Sequence record: OP079919.1
DNA from: Klebsiella phage KPN8
Direction: 5' to 3' (one strand)
Length of the DNA: 64,000 bases
The notes under the pieces are model-generated. The model saw nothing but the letters and a program-made list of their open reading frames with translations, made no database searches and was not told where the DNA came from. Every line of letters starts with the position of its first letter. Position 1 is the stretch's first letter. Positions 1 through 8,851 of this stretch are shown here, in pieces. The position numbers and the translations under genes were made by a program.

Positions 1-552
1 TCTTTCTTTGAGCGGGGCAAATGGGATATCAAAAGTGAAGTAACCTCTTTTGATACCTGGCTGGCTAACAAGGAATTGGATTTCTCTAATTATACTGACG
101 ATGAGTTATTAGGGCTGGCTTGGGATACGTTCTCGTTAGCAACTGGCTGGGATAGTTCAAACGTAACGTTACGCACGCTGCAATCTAGTCTTATTAAACT
201 GATGCTGGAACTTTCTAGTTACACCATCCACGTTTACACGACTATTGACGACGGTAATAATACTATTGAAGCAGGTTCCCGTATAGATTTGGGGATCCGT
301 AAGGATTCCTTCACCTCTACTATGGATAGTAGGGCGGTTCTGCTTCCGGCTATGTTGCACGTCGTACCTAATATCGACATGAAGGGCAAAACAACATCCA
401 TCGTTGATTTTAATACTTACGGTGGTGTTGACACGGGGTCTGTTGGCGAAGCCACGTTGCCTCTCGATCCCGAGTTAGTAGAGAATACAACAAGGAAATC
501 CTCTTCCTACGGATTACTCCCCATGTTCTTTACACTCACTAACTCGGAATGA
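1..552 (+). CDS. hypothetical protein, 5' partial (reading frame open to window edge)
   Basis: The frame of the listed 76..552 ORF stays open from nt 1 with no stop. The listed TTG at 76 is probably internal. No recognisable motif. Confidence 0.5.
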   Translation, partial: SFFERGKWDIKSEVTSFDTWLANKELDFSNYTDDELLGLAWDTFSLATGWDSSNVTLRTLQSSLIKLMLELSSYTIHVYTTIDDGNNTIEAGSRIDLGIRKDSFTSTMDSRAVLLPAMLHVVPNIDMKGKTTSIVDFNTYGGVDTGSVGEATLPLDPELVENTTRKSSSYGLLPMFFTLTNSE

Positions 553-558
553 TAAAAA

Positions 559-966
559 ATGACTAATACACAGCAATGGCCTATCAATCTCGTTAAAAAC
601 GAATACTTCAAAGACAACGGAATACGTGGAGAAAGATTACAGCAACTCATCTCCTTTATTCCGTTAGGCAGGACAGAAGAAGGCAATTATCTTTATGAGG
701 TCACCAAATCAGGAAGCTGTCCGAATACTGAACAGTGGGAATTAGAACGATACGATCTTTCTTTTATCTCAAGAAAACATCTGATAAGTGATAGCGAAAC
801 CGTAAATCATTTGAACATGCTAATCCCTTTTATTAGTAAGGCGACGGGTTATCACTTATTACCGGGTGACATCGGTGGCGTGACCTTTCATAAAACATAC
901 TGGATTATCGACGTAGCGAAAGACTCGTTGAGATTCACCGGCTCTTTCTCAATCATGAAGAAATAA
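559..966 (+). CDS. hypothetical protein
   Basis: 135-aa ORF with an ATG start 6 nt after the previous stop. Tight same-strand packing. Confidence 0.55.
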   Translation: MTNTQQWPINLVKNEYFKDNGIRGERLQQLISFIPLGRTEEGNYLYEVTKSGSCPNTEQWELERYDLSFISRKHLISDSETVNHLNMLIPFISKATGYHLLPGDIGGVTFHKTYWIIDVAKDSLRFTGSFSIMKK

Positions 967-977
967 GGATTTATTCA

Positions 978-1883
978 ATGGCAACTGACACTCAACAATC
1001 TTCCAACTCCAGACTGCCCAGTCAGATTGTTACCGCAACAGCATTTGGTGTGAAGATCGCGATCGCCGCTATTACCAAACAAAACGTGGAAGTCGAACAA
1101 TACACCACGCTCAACGAAATACATTCCGTCCTGGCCGATGAAAGTTTGGGTGTAAAAGCTGGTTCTGACTTTACCCTGAAGTATTATGGGTTAGGTGTTA
1201 AGGGTTCTCAATTCATTGGTAACGACGCCAACGGCATCGCCCGTATGTTGGTTAACCAACATCAGCCGATCGACTGTAACGCGTTCTATCCCATTCCGCT
1301 TGTCGTAAGAGAGCTCTCCGACGACCTCACCGCGGATCAACGTGCTAACTACCGTATGCGTGTTGTTTTTACTAAAGATAGCGTGACTTACGTCGCTTAC
1401 TATCTGCGGGTTATCAGTTTTGCGGCGTTCAGTCCGTCGATTGTAAAAATCACGAAGGATCCTACAACGGGTAACGAAGATCCTGATGTTTACGTTCCGA
1501 CCTCTGACTATCAGCACCCGACTCCGATCACGCCTAATAGCGACGGTACCGTTCCGCTTTCCAATCAGTATGTTTCGGCAACGGGTAAACTGGATCTCAG
1601 TATCGATGCTTCAGGTCTGGCTGAACTTCGCAACGCCTGTTCAATTATGTTCGGCGATGAGTCTTACGCCGCTCCAAACGAATATTACGTTTGCACCGGT
1701 ATCGATACCCCGAGCTCTGGTCAGACGTCCGGTTCCATTAATGTTTCCTATACAGAAGCTGTCAGCGCAATCATCGCTTACTTCATTACGGAAACTCATC
1801 CTCGTGATGCTAATGCGAACGGCGCAATTGAAATGTTCTTTGATATCGGAGCAAGTGCCCCGTTGTTGCTGGCTTCTAGCTAA
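978..1883 (+). CDS. hypothetical protein (possibly virion structural)
   Basis: 301-aa ORF. AGGA-like SD ('aaggatttattca ATG'). No catalytic motif seen. Lies in the structural neighbourhood. Confidence 0.6.
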   Translation: MATDTQQSSNSRLPSQIVTATAFGVKIAIAAITKQNVEVEQYTTLNEIHSVLADESLGVKAGSDFTLKYYGLGVKGSQFIGNDANGIARMLVNQHQPIDCNAFYPIPLVVRELSDDLTADQRANYRMRVVFTKDSVTYVAYYLRVISFAAFSPSIVKITKDPTTGNEDPDVYVPTSDYQHPTPITPNSDGTVPLSNQYVSATGKLDLSIDASGLAELRNACSIMFGDESYAAPNEYYVCTGIDTPSSGQTSGSINVSYTEAVSAIIAYFITETHPRDANANGAIEMFFDIGASAPLLLASS

Positions 1884-1894
1884 GGAGAAACATC

Positions 1895-2542
1895 ATGCTC
1901 TTTAAAGAGTTATCTCCTACCGGGGGTGTTCTTCAACTCCCTAAGCTGGTCGTTGGTAAGTTATCCACGGATTACTTTGAGACGATTACCGATTTCTATG
2001 AAGTCGTTCTGGATCAAAGTGTTTACAAAGTTTCCCAGGTTTATCTCGGCAGTGATGGCAAGCCCAAACTCGAACTCGTTCCCAATGAAATCAATGTGTT
2101 TAACGACATACTTTATTTCACTGGTAAAGGGGTAACAGGATTAACTTCACAGGATGCCGTTACCACTATCGCTAACCCCATGCAGACCGTCGCTGATGCG
2201 TTTTTGGATCAGTCCCCTGTTTGGGTGCCGGCTATAGAAGAGCTGAGTTTCTTTTCTAATATCGAACTCAATACCCCACGTGACATCTTCACCGTGACCG
2301 ATCAATATCCTCGTAAACTTGCTAATTTGTTGAGCGGGGGAAGGAATCACGTGAAGTGGGGTGTGGGGTCTTTGAACGAGTATTCCACCGCGGGATTCTC
2401 TTTACTGTATTACGGTGATGTGAGTAACGCACCATCGTCTTACGCTTATCCGCCTGCTGCTAAAACAATCGCTATTGTTTCGCTTAATTCAGGCAATAAC
2501 AAAGGAATGGTAATGCTGTGCTCGGACAAAAAGATCGAATAA
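1895..2542 (+). CDS. hypothetical protein
   Basis: 215-aa ORF. SD 'aaggagaaacatc ATG'. No motif recognised. Confidence 0.6.
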   Translation: MLFKELSPTGGVLQLPKLVVGKLSTDYFETITDFYEVVLDQSVYKVSQVYLGSDGKPKLELVPNEINVFNDILYFTGKGVTGLTSQDAVTTIANPMQTVADAFLDQSPVWVPAIEELSFFSNIELNTPRDIFTVTDQYPRKLANLLSGGRNHVKWGVGSLNEYSTAGFSLLYYGDVSNAPSSYAYPPAAKTIAIVSLNSGNNKGMVMLCSDKKIE

Positions 2543-3117
2543 GAGAAAAAACGATTATTCGGATTATCGGGACCGACCCCAGTACAACGCACATGGGTAA
2601 TGCCGTTATTGACGTCAACATTACGGAAACTCAAAAATTCCAATTACGTTACGTCAATACGGTTATCGGCGACAAGGTCGATTTTTACGAGAAGCTGAAC
2701 TACGCTGAGAGACCTGTTACCAAACGCACATTGGGGATGTCAAGATCGTATAAGGATCTCTTAGAGATCTTTGAGCCTGACATCGCCATTTGCGAGGATA
2801 ACTTCTTAGGGGCTTCTGCGGATACGTATAAACGATTAGTTGAAACCGTCTCTATGTTGCGCGATACTGTTAAAGAGCACAGTAAATCGCTGTTCTTTAT
2901 GAGCGTTCTCCCTAATCTTGCTAAGGCCATTGTTGGAGCCAATTTTAAAGGTACTCAAAAAGAAGACGTGCTGAAGGGTTTAAAGAACTATCCGCACCTA
3001 GATCTTAACGGTATCGATCTTGACACCCTCGATGACCACAGCGTTGACAGTATCGTTATCGCATTGTATCTTTGTGAAATGGTCGCAAAAGACTATAAGG
3101 TATTTCCTCATGACTGA
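2518..3117 (+). CDS. RuvC-like Holliday junction resolvase (GTG start)
   Basis: N-terminal IIRIIGTDPSTTHMG resembles the RuvC ILGIDPG..TG motif. A central AICEDNF acidic residue is present. C-terminal DDHSVDSIVIALYLC resembles RuvC D-A-AD-ALAIA. GTG start overlaps the upstream gene by 25 nt. Confidence 0.5.
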   Translation: MLGQKDRIREKTIIRIIGTDPSTTHMGNAVIDVNITETQKFQLRYVNTVIGDKVDFYEKLNYAERPVTKRTLGMSRSYKDLLEIFEPDIAICEDNFLGASADTYKRLVETVSMLRDTVKEHSKSLFFMSVLPNLAKAIVGANFKGTQKEDVLKGLKNYPHLDLNGIDLDTLDDHSVDSIVIALYLCEMVAKDYKVFPHD

Positions 3118-3514
3118 ACAAAAAGCACAGGGGGAAGAGGCCGCAGAAGAAGATCCGCTGCTCGAAGTTGAGCATCCTCAGGGATTAGAAGGAAAGGTAT
3201 TCGGTAAATGGACCGTAAGGCTGCGCAATATCTGTGGTGTTGTCGCTTGCCTTTCGGTTTGTTATAACGCCATTAATTATACCGATACCATAAAGAAAGC
3301 CGTTCTAGCAGGATATGGTTATCCTGACAGGACCAGCTTGGGGATCGTTTTTATCGGGCCGATCGTCATCGCTCTCGTTTTCATGAACGCCAGCAAAATT
3401 TTGCAGGTCATCATGAAGATCCCTAGCGTAGCCGAAAAACTACGAAAAGGGACGATCGGGATCCTGACTCGTCCTGGAGATAATCCGCCGCCTCCGCCAC
3501 CTCCACAAAACTAA
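3110..3514 (+). CDS. membrane protein with C-terminal poly-proline tail (possible holin-like or lysis-associated)
   Basis: ATG at 3110 overlaps the previous stop (ATGACTGA). One clear TM helix (LGIVFIGPIVIALVFM). Ends in PPPPPPPPQN. Convergent with the spanin-like genes. Confidence 0.45.
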   Translation: MTEQKAQGEEAAEEDPLLEVEHPQGLEGKVFGKWTVRLRNICGVVACLSVCYNAINYTDTIKKAVLAGYGYPDRTSLGIVFIGPIVIALVFMNASKILQVIMKIPSVAEKLRKGTIGILTRPGDNPPPPPPPQN

Positions 3515-3520
3515 GAAAGT

Positions 3521-3562
3521 TATACTCCTCCTACCCTAGGGTAGGAGGAGTATATTTATTTT
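3521..3562. terminator. bidirectional intrinsic terminator between convergent genes
   Basis: Perfect 34-nt palindrome tatactcctcctaccctagggtaggaggagtata, flanked by T-rich DNA on both strands. Confidence 0.6.
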
Positions 3563-3566
3563 ATTA

Positions 3567-4100
3567 TTATTTTTGCTCGGTAGTCGTCGAGGAAGTGACT
3601 TTTGTTACAACAGATTTAGTTGCTGCTTTGGCTTTGGTCATTAGGAATTTAGGATCAAAGACATTGACCGTTCCTGAAGCCTGATCGACAATTTGATCAA
3701 TGTTACCGAGTAGGCCCTTGATGGCAACTTGCGAAGCATAAACCAAATCGTTGGCGTTATCTAAATCCCTCGTAGTCGTAATAAGTTTTAAACGAGTGAG
3801 CTTGTAGCATCTAACATAGTCAGTATTCTGATCCAAGCAATCATTTGCCTTAAGCCATTCATCGAGTACGATGAGTTGACTAATAGGCTCTACCGGATTA
3901 TCAGAAACGAGTTCCTTTGGGACGGTATGGGCGGCTTCTTTCAATTGCTGAAGATTGATTCCCATGCTACTGACTTGAGCGGCTTGAGCCTCCACCTGAA
4001 GTTTGGTGTTGGCTTCGCTGACTGTGGTCTTGTGGCTGCACCCCGTCACTAAGATCATCAGCGCCGTAACGGCTAAGCATTTCATTATACGTTTTTTCAC
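3567..4100 (-). CDS. outer-membrane lipoprotein, o-spanin-like (alternatively a superinfection-exclusion-type lipoprotein)
   Basis: Signal peptide plus lipobox MKKRIMKCLAVTALMILVTG|C. Coiled-coil-like Q/A-rich region. GTG start with a GAGGT SD. Its 5' end overlaps the 3' end of the upstream TM-protein gene in another frame. Confidence 0.45.
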   Translation of the reverse strand: MKKRIMKCLAVTALMILVTGCSHKTTVSEANTKLQVEAQAAQVSSMGINLQQLKEAAHTVPKELVSDNPVEPISQLIVLDEWLKANDCLDQNTDYVRCYKLTRLKLITTTRDLDNANDLVYASQVAIKGLLGNIDQIVDQASGTVNVFDPKFLMTKAKAATKSVVTKVTSSTTTEQK

Positions 4101-4359
4101 GATCTTGACCTCGACGATCTAACATAAGAGCAAGTTGAGCGTTAAGTTTAGTTTGGCTGGCTGTGGAGATTTCGATAGCCTCCCGTAAACTCTTCATTTG
4201 GTCAGTGATTTTTGCCATCTGACCCACGGTTTCTTGATCGACTGTATCCTTAGGGAAAAACCGATTAACCCCAAGAATAATCATGATGACCAATAATAAT
4301 AAAATAACGATCCCATCTTTAACTACACTTCCGACATTATCTTTAGTAATAACCGACAT
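3967..4359 (-). CDS. type-II membrane protein, i-spanin-like
   Basis: N-terminal TM segment IVILLLLVIMIILGV followed by a charged, helical periplasmic region. Overlaps the downstream lipoprotein gene by 134 nt, as in overlapped Rz/Rz1 arrangements. Confidence 0.4.
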   Translation of the reverse strand: MSVITKDNVGSVVKDGIVILLLLVIMIILGVNRFFPKDTVDQETVGQMAKITDQMKSLREAIEISTASQTKLNAQLALMLDRRGQDREKTYNEMLSRYGADDLSDGVQPQDHSQRSQHQTSGGGSSRSSQ

Positions 4360-4370
4360 GACGAATACCT

Positions 4371-5603
4371 CTAAACTAGAGCATGGATTTTGAACACAAA
4401 GCCAGTCACAAGGTCGTCGCTAAAGTAACGGTTACGGAAAGCATGATAGAGATCCCCCCCGTTATCGACGCCCGTGAGGCCATTAACGTAATCCGGGGTT
4501 AACCGGATATCGGTACTCCACAGCATTTGATTACCGCCTCTTTTAGAAATATAAGAGGGGAACAGGCCGTTGCTCAACATAAGAGGATGAGCGTAGGTGT
4601 CGTTAACCAAGAAGACTGTAGGGTAGCGATAGGTGATCAGTGGGGTTATCGTAATCCCGAAGTCTGGATTATCAAACACCACAAAGAAACTGTTTTGATT
4701 TAAAAGAAGCGCTTTAAACGTTTCCGCAGTATAAAGCTTATCTTTAGCAATGACTTTGCGTTCCTTAGGATAAAGGTTACTTAAGTCAACGTAATTAAGA
4801 GATTCGAAAATTCGCTCGGGCCATTTATAATGACGGTAGTCGATACGTAGTCTTTTCTCACCCGTTCTTGTAACCAGAGGAGAACCCGTGACTAATCTTC
4901 CAGCGATAACTAACCAAACCTTCTTATCTTTGATAGGAACGTCTAGTTCGACTTCTAAACCAGTGAATCCATCTTCGTCAATGAACTTTATCATATCTTC
5001 GGTAAATGGACGTGTTTCTAAAGTAGATACTTTAGAGAAGTCATAGATGTCGACGTGACTACTATCATTAATGCGGTAGTTCTTCCCACCGTTTAAAAGA
5101 TAGATTCCGTCTTCCCTATTGATCCCTCTAATGAAATGACCGTTGAGATTAAAAAGACATTTCGTGATAAGGTCGTCGTATTTGCGGGTTGTCACAATGG
5201 TAGTTAGTAACAGATCCGGCGCTTCACTAACACTAACCAGGGCTTGACGATCCACGGACAACAGATGATTAGCCGGAGCGATACGATAGCCGCTTAATTG
5301 AGCGTCACCACGTTGAACATAAACCAACTTCTCTCCCGGGAGTTCCGAAGAGAGAGTAAGCGGATCATTCTCTTTTGTCAGCAGCCAGGCTTCAATGGTC
5401 CCATCGAAAGTTTGAAATTCATACTGATAGTCAAAGGCGTTCAGACAAAGTTGTTTACCTACTAATTCGTCGAGAATAACTATTCGTAATTTACTGTAGG
5501 TTTTGAAGTACTGATTGGTCTTTAAAGTACTTAAATCTACAACGGCTTCTCCAGCGTGCCCTGTGAGAGCAACGCCTACGGCTCGTACATACTGATAAGA
5601 CAT
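4371..5603 (-). CDS. hypothetical protein (likely structural or baseplate-associated)
   Basis: About 410-aa ORF. The second in-frame ATG (5603) has an AGAGGG SD, whereas the first ATG (5633) has none. No motif recognised. Confidence 0.55.
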   Translation of the reverse strand: MSYQYVRAVGVALTGHAGEAVVDLSTLKTNQYFKTYSKLRIVILDELVGKQLCLNAFDYQYEFQTFDGTIEAWLLTKENDPLTLSSELPGEKLVYVQRGDAQLSGYRIAPANHLLSVDRQALVSVSEAPDLLLTTIVTTRKYDDLITKCLFNLNGHFIRGINREDGIYLLNGGKNYRINDSSHVDIYDFSKVSTLETRPFTEDMIKFIDEDGFTGLEVELDVPIKDKKVWLVIAGRLVTGSPLVTRTGEKRLRIDYRHYKWPERIFESLNYVDLSNLYPKERKVIAKDKLYTAETFKALLLNQNSFFVVFDNPDFGITITPLITYRYPTVFLVNDTYAHPLMLSNGLFPSYISKRGGNQMLWSTDIRLTPDYVNGLTGVDNGGDLYHAFRNRYFSDDLVTGFVFKIHALV

Positions 5604-5704
5604 AGCGCCCTCTTCCGGAATTCTATGGTTCATTATTTAAATTCATTCATAGGATCGGGCCGCTTAGCGTGGCGAGGTCTTCTAACCGCCAAACAGGATT
5701 CGAT

Positions 5705-8476
5705 ATGTCAGAATATTTATATCCTTGGAATCCCTTCCAAGATGATGATGACGCCCGTATCACTGGAGAGCTCGCGAGTGTACCCGGGGGAACCCGTGTG
5801 CTGGTCGTTCCTAGAGCCGCTCCTTTCTTTTCCGAAAACTTAACTATTGTCAATTCGGATACTAATGCCCCGTTGGTATTAGGTGAAGACTACGTCTTCA
5901 GTTATCCGTTTATGGATTTTATCAAGAATTATTCCAAAAACGTTTATGGTGGGATAATTCTTCTCAAAGCAACCACTGCTTTGAACATCTCAATAAGTTA
6001 TGACACCATTGGCGGGCCGTTCGTTTTAGATGACGTTGCGTACGCTGAAGCTGTGGCCAATATCATCTCATCCGGGAGATTGGCAGATTGGAGTCAGGTC
6101 GTTAATCTCCCTTCTGGTTTCCCAGCCGATCCCCACGACCATCCAGAAAGCCAGACTTATAACTACAACGAGTTCATGGCTAACCTCACTCTGATGATTG
6201 AGGCGATGAACAATGAAACGAATAACCCAACTGTCCAGACACAGCTGACACAGCACAGTGCCGATAACTTAAGAATCGCGCATCCCAACGGCGAGCCAGA
6301 GGATGTGGGATTAAGCAATCTTCACGATTACCCGGTGGCTCAAGAAAGTGATTTCGACGGTAATTCCAACCAGTTATATATGGTTCTTGGTATTACGAAG
6401 AAACTCATCGATAAAATGTTAGCCGAGTTCTTGAACGGATCGTTGCCTGCTGATTTCGAAGAAACGGTTCAAGAAATCTACGATCAAATGAACTCTTACT
6501 TGCAGCAAACGGCTACGCTCGCCGGGCAAGTTGATAACAAGTTGTCGAACACCATCAACGGTTTGGAAACCTTCGATAATGGTGCGACGCTGAAGTCAAC
6601 CAAGGATATGTTATTCCATACCCCAACTAACAGTTGGTACTATTGGGGTGGGGCTTATCCTACTGGCGGTTACGTTGTCAGCGGCGGCGCTTCCCCTTAT
6701 GATGCTTCGGGCAATCTGATAGCCGGTTGGAAAGTAGCGGGTGCAGTTGAGCTTGAAACCAGACTCTCTTCGCAAACCATCGGCCTGGGTGGGGATATCG
6801 TAGGTTATACAGCAGTGGCTGGAGCGATAGCCCGTACTGTGAATGACCGACTCCGGGATGCGATTAGCGTAAGAGACTATTATCAAAGTAGCGATAATGG
6901 TAACTGGGCTTTGGCTTATAATCGAGCCAAAGCGGTCAACCCTAAGGTGTTTTTTCCACGTCAATCCAGTGTATACATGGTTAGCACCACTCTTGTGGTC
7001 GACTCCGGTGGTGCGATTCTTTCGGATGGCGCAATCATAGGGTCGCCTGTTTCGGCTAACGCCGGGGCTACGGCGATCATTACGGTAATCTCGGCAACAT
7101 CCGCGACAGACATAGAGTTAGCCGGATTTACTATCAATGGCGGGGTTAACGATACCCAAACCACGGCTAATGTAAAATCAGCGATCTCCTTAAACTCTTG
7201 TGTTGGGGTGAGGGTTGGTAACATTAAGGTGGTCAACTGTTCTGGACGAGGTATTCATTTCGATACCTGCACCGACATTACGGTGAGTGATTATCGTTTC
7301 CGTAAATTTAATTACGCCACTGCGTCCCTCAACACCTCTCTCGCCACCAATAGGAACGGAATTAAATTTGTCGATTGTTCCGATGTTTATGTTTCTGGGA
7401 CGGATATTGATTCCGATGACACCTGTATACGAATCAGCGCTAAATCTGCCGCAGTTAACAACGTGAATGTGAATGGTGTTAAAGGGGCCTCCACTACAAG
7501 TTCTTTGGTTGGGTTCGCCGAAGAACTTAATTCGGGATCCACTTATTATTCGCAGAACGTAACGGGCATCAGAATAAAGGACGTTCGTTTATTATACGGT
7601 AAAACCGCAAACGGCGTGGTTAGTGTTACTAAATTAGGGTCGACCTCCGTCCTAAAAGATTTTTCAATTGTTGGTGTGTCTGGGAAACCGACCACAGGAA
7701 ACGGAGTGACCGTTAACGGAGTGACAGGAGTTGAATTTGACGATATCAATGTGGAATCAGTAAACGGCCACGGAGTTCATATCGCGTCTTCGACACTCGT
7801 CAAAGGTACTGTCAAGGGAAGAACCGACGCCTCTGCCAGTTATGGGGTTAACCTCAACGCTGTAAGTTTTTCTGAGCTAATTGCTAATTCAGCCAATAGT
7901 TCGGGATACGGCATTAACTTAGATGGGGTGACTTATTCGGTTATCAAGCCATCGGCTTATAACTGCGGGGCCGGATTGTTCTCTACCTCGGCAGGTGGCG
8001 GATGTAGGATGGTGAACTGTACCAACGTGAACATGCCGGAAGGTAATCTCTACGGTACAACCACAGTATCCTATTATGGCTTGAACTACTCCACAGGCAA
8101 CACCGGATGTACGTTTGGCTTGGATCTGATGTTCTATGGTCTGGTTCCGTCTACCCGTCTCCCTACGGCGTATTACCTTAAGACCCCAGCGGTCAGCCTT
8201 AAGTTTAAGGAAGATTCTGCGGGAACATTGAGTACGTATTCCAATATCGGATGTACGTTAACCAGAAACGCCGTGGGCAACTACACTGTTGCTTTTTCAA
8301 GTAACATGAACTCAACTGGGTTCCAATGGGTTCTAGAAGCCTATCACAACGGCGCACGTAGGACGGTCCAATTGTCCTCAGCGGTGACTGTCGGTGGATT
8401 TAGTTTCTTAACTCAGGACGCGGCGGGAACAACGACTTACGCCGATCACGTCAGTCTGGTCGCCTGGAACACCTAA
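5705..8476 (+). CDS. tail fibre/tailspike protein with right-handed beta-helix body
   Basis: Start chosen at MSEYLYPWNP (AGGA SD). N-terminal VVPRAAPFF module shared with the next two large proteins. Repeated beta-helix-type segments (NIKVVNCSGRGIHFDTCTDITVSDY, VDCSDVYVSGTDIDSDD). VGLSNLHDYP resembles the fibre LGNVDN motif. Confidence 0.75.
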   Translation: MSEYLYPWNPFQDDDDARITGELASVPGGTRVLVVPRAAPFFSENLTIVNSDTNAPLVLGEDYVFSYPFMDFIKNYSKNVYGGIILLKATTALNISISYDTIGGPFVLDDVAYAEAVANIISSGRLADWSQVVNLPSGFPADPHDHPESQTYNYNEFMANLTLMIEAMNNETNNPTVQTQLTQHSADNLRIAHPNGEPEDVGLSNLHDYPVAQESDFDGNSNQLYMVLGITKKLIDKMLAEFLNGSLPADFEETVQEIYDQMNSYLQQTATLAGQVDNKLSNTINGLETFDNGATLKSTKDMLFHTPTNSWYYWGGAYPTGGYVVSGGASPYDASGNLIAGWKVAGAVELETRLSSQTIGLGGDIVGYTAVAGAIARTVNDRLRDAISVRDYYQSSDNGNWALAYNRAKAVNPKVFFPRQSSVYMVSTTLVVDSGGAILSDGAIIGSPVSANAGATAIITVISATSATDIELAGFTINGGVNDTQTTANVKSAISLNSCVGVRVGNIKVVNCSGRGIHFDTCTDITVSDYRFRKFNYATASLNTSLATNRNGIKFVDCSDVYVSGTDIDSDDTCIRISAKSAAVNNVNVNGVKGASTTSSLVGFAEELNSGSTYYSQNVTGIRIKDVRLLYGKTANGVVSVTKLGSTSVLKDFSIVGVSGKPTTGNGVTVNGVTGVEFDDINVESVNGHGVHIASSTLVKGTVKGRTDASASYGVNLNAVSFSELIANSANSSGYGINLDGVTYSVIKPSAYNCGAGLFSTSAGGGCRMVNCTNVNMPEGNLYGTTTVSYYGLNYSTGNTGCTFGLDLMFYGLVPSTRLPTAYYLKTPAVSLKFKEDSAGTLSTYSNIGCTLTRNAVGNYTVAFSSNMNSTGFQWVLEAYHNGARRTVQLSSAVTVGGFSFLTQDAAGTTTYADHVSLVAWNT

Positions 8477-8485
8477 GGAAAAAAT

Positions 8486-8749
8486 ATGCCTGTTACAGCC
8501 GTACTTGCTGCCACTGTTAATCTCACTACTCTGAAAGATAAGAGCTTGGAAAATGAGGTTCTCCAAACCATTAAAGAAAGAATGGCTTACGAGAAACCAG
8601 ACATTGAACTGACCTTATCTAAAGACGACAGTGTTGTTAACAGTTACACCTTTGTTAGTGGCGACGCCCTAACCGTTTCCGATGATTTCAGTTTTGTTTT
8701 TAACGGGATCGTCGCGGACGTAATCAGTAACGTTAATCAAGCAACTTAA
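8486..8749 (+). CDS. small hypothetical protein between fibre genes (possible fibre assembly factor)
   Basis: 87-aa ORF. ATG 9 nt after the fibre-gene stop. Followed by a strong hairpin. Confidence 0.45.
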   Translation: MPVTAVLAATVNLTTLKDKSLENEVLQTIKERMAYEKPDIELTLSKDDSVVNSYTFVSGDALTVSDDFSFVFNGIVADVISNVNQAT

Positions 8750-8751
8750 TA

Positions 8752-8795
8752 AGGTAGGGGAGGGCTGACGCCCTCCCCTACCTAGTCGATTTTAT
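8752..8795 (+). terminator. intrinsic terminator
   Basis: aggtaggggagggc-tgac-gccctcccctacct, then agtcgatttt. Confidence 0.6.
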
Positions 8796-8851
8796 GATTC
8801 AGGCTTAATATTCGTGGAGTGCGATACTCACTCCATCACGAGGTGAGATCA

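Noticed and set aside
76-552. Listed ORF start (TTG at 76) for the first gene
   Set aside because: The same frame has no stop back to nt 1, so the gene most likely begins upstream of the window. Reported as 5'-partial instead.
1486-1905. 139-aa + strand ORF overlapping the 978..1883 gene in another frame
   Set aside because: Fully nested in the 3' half of a longer ORF. Low-complexity, Leu/Ser-rich translation.
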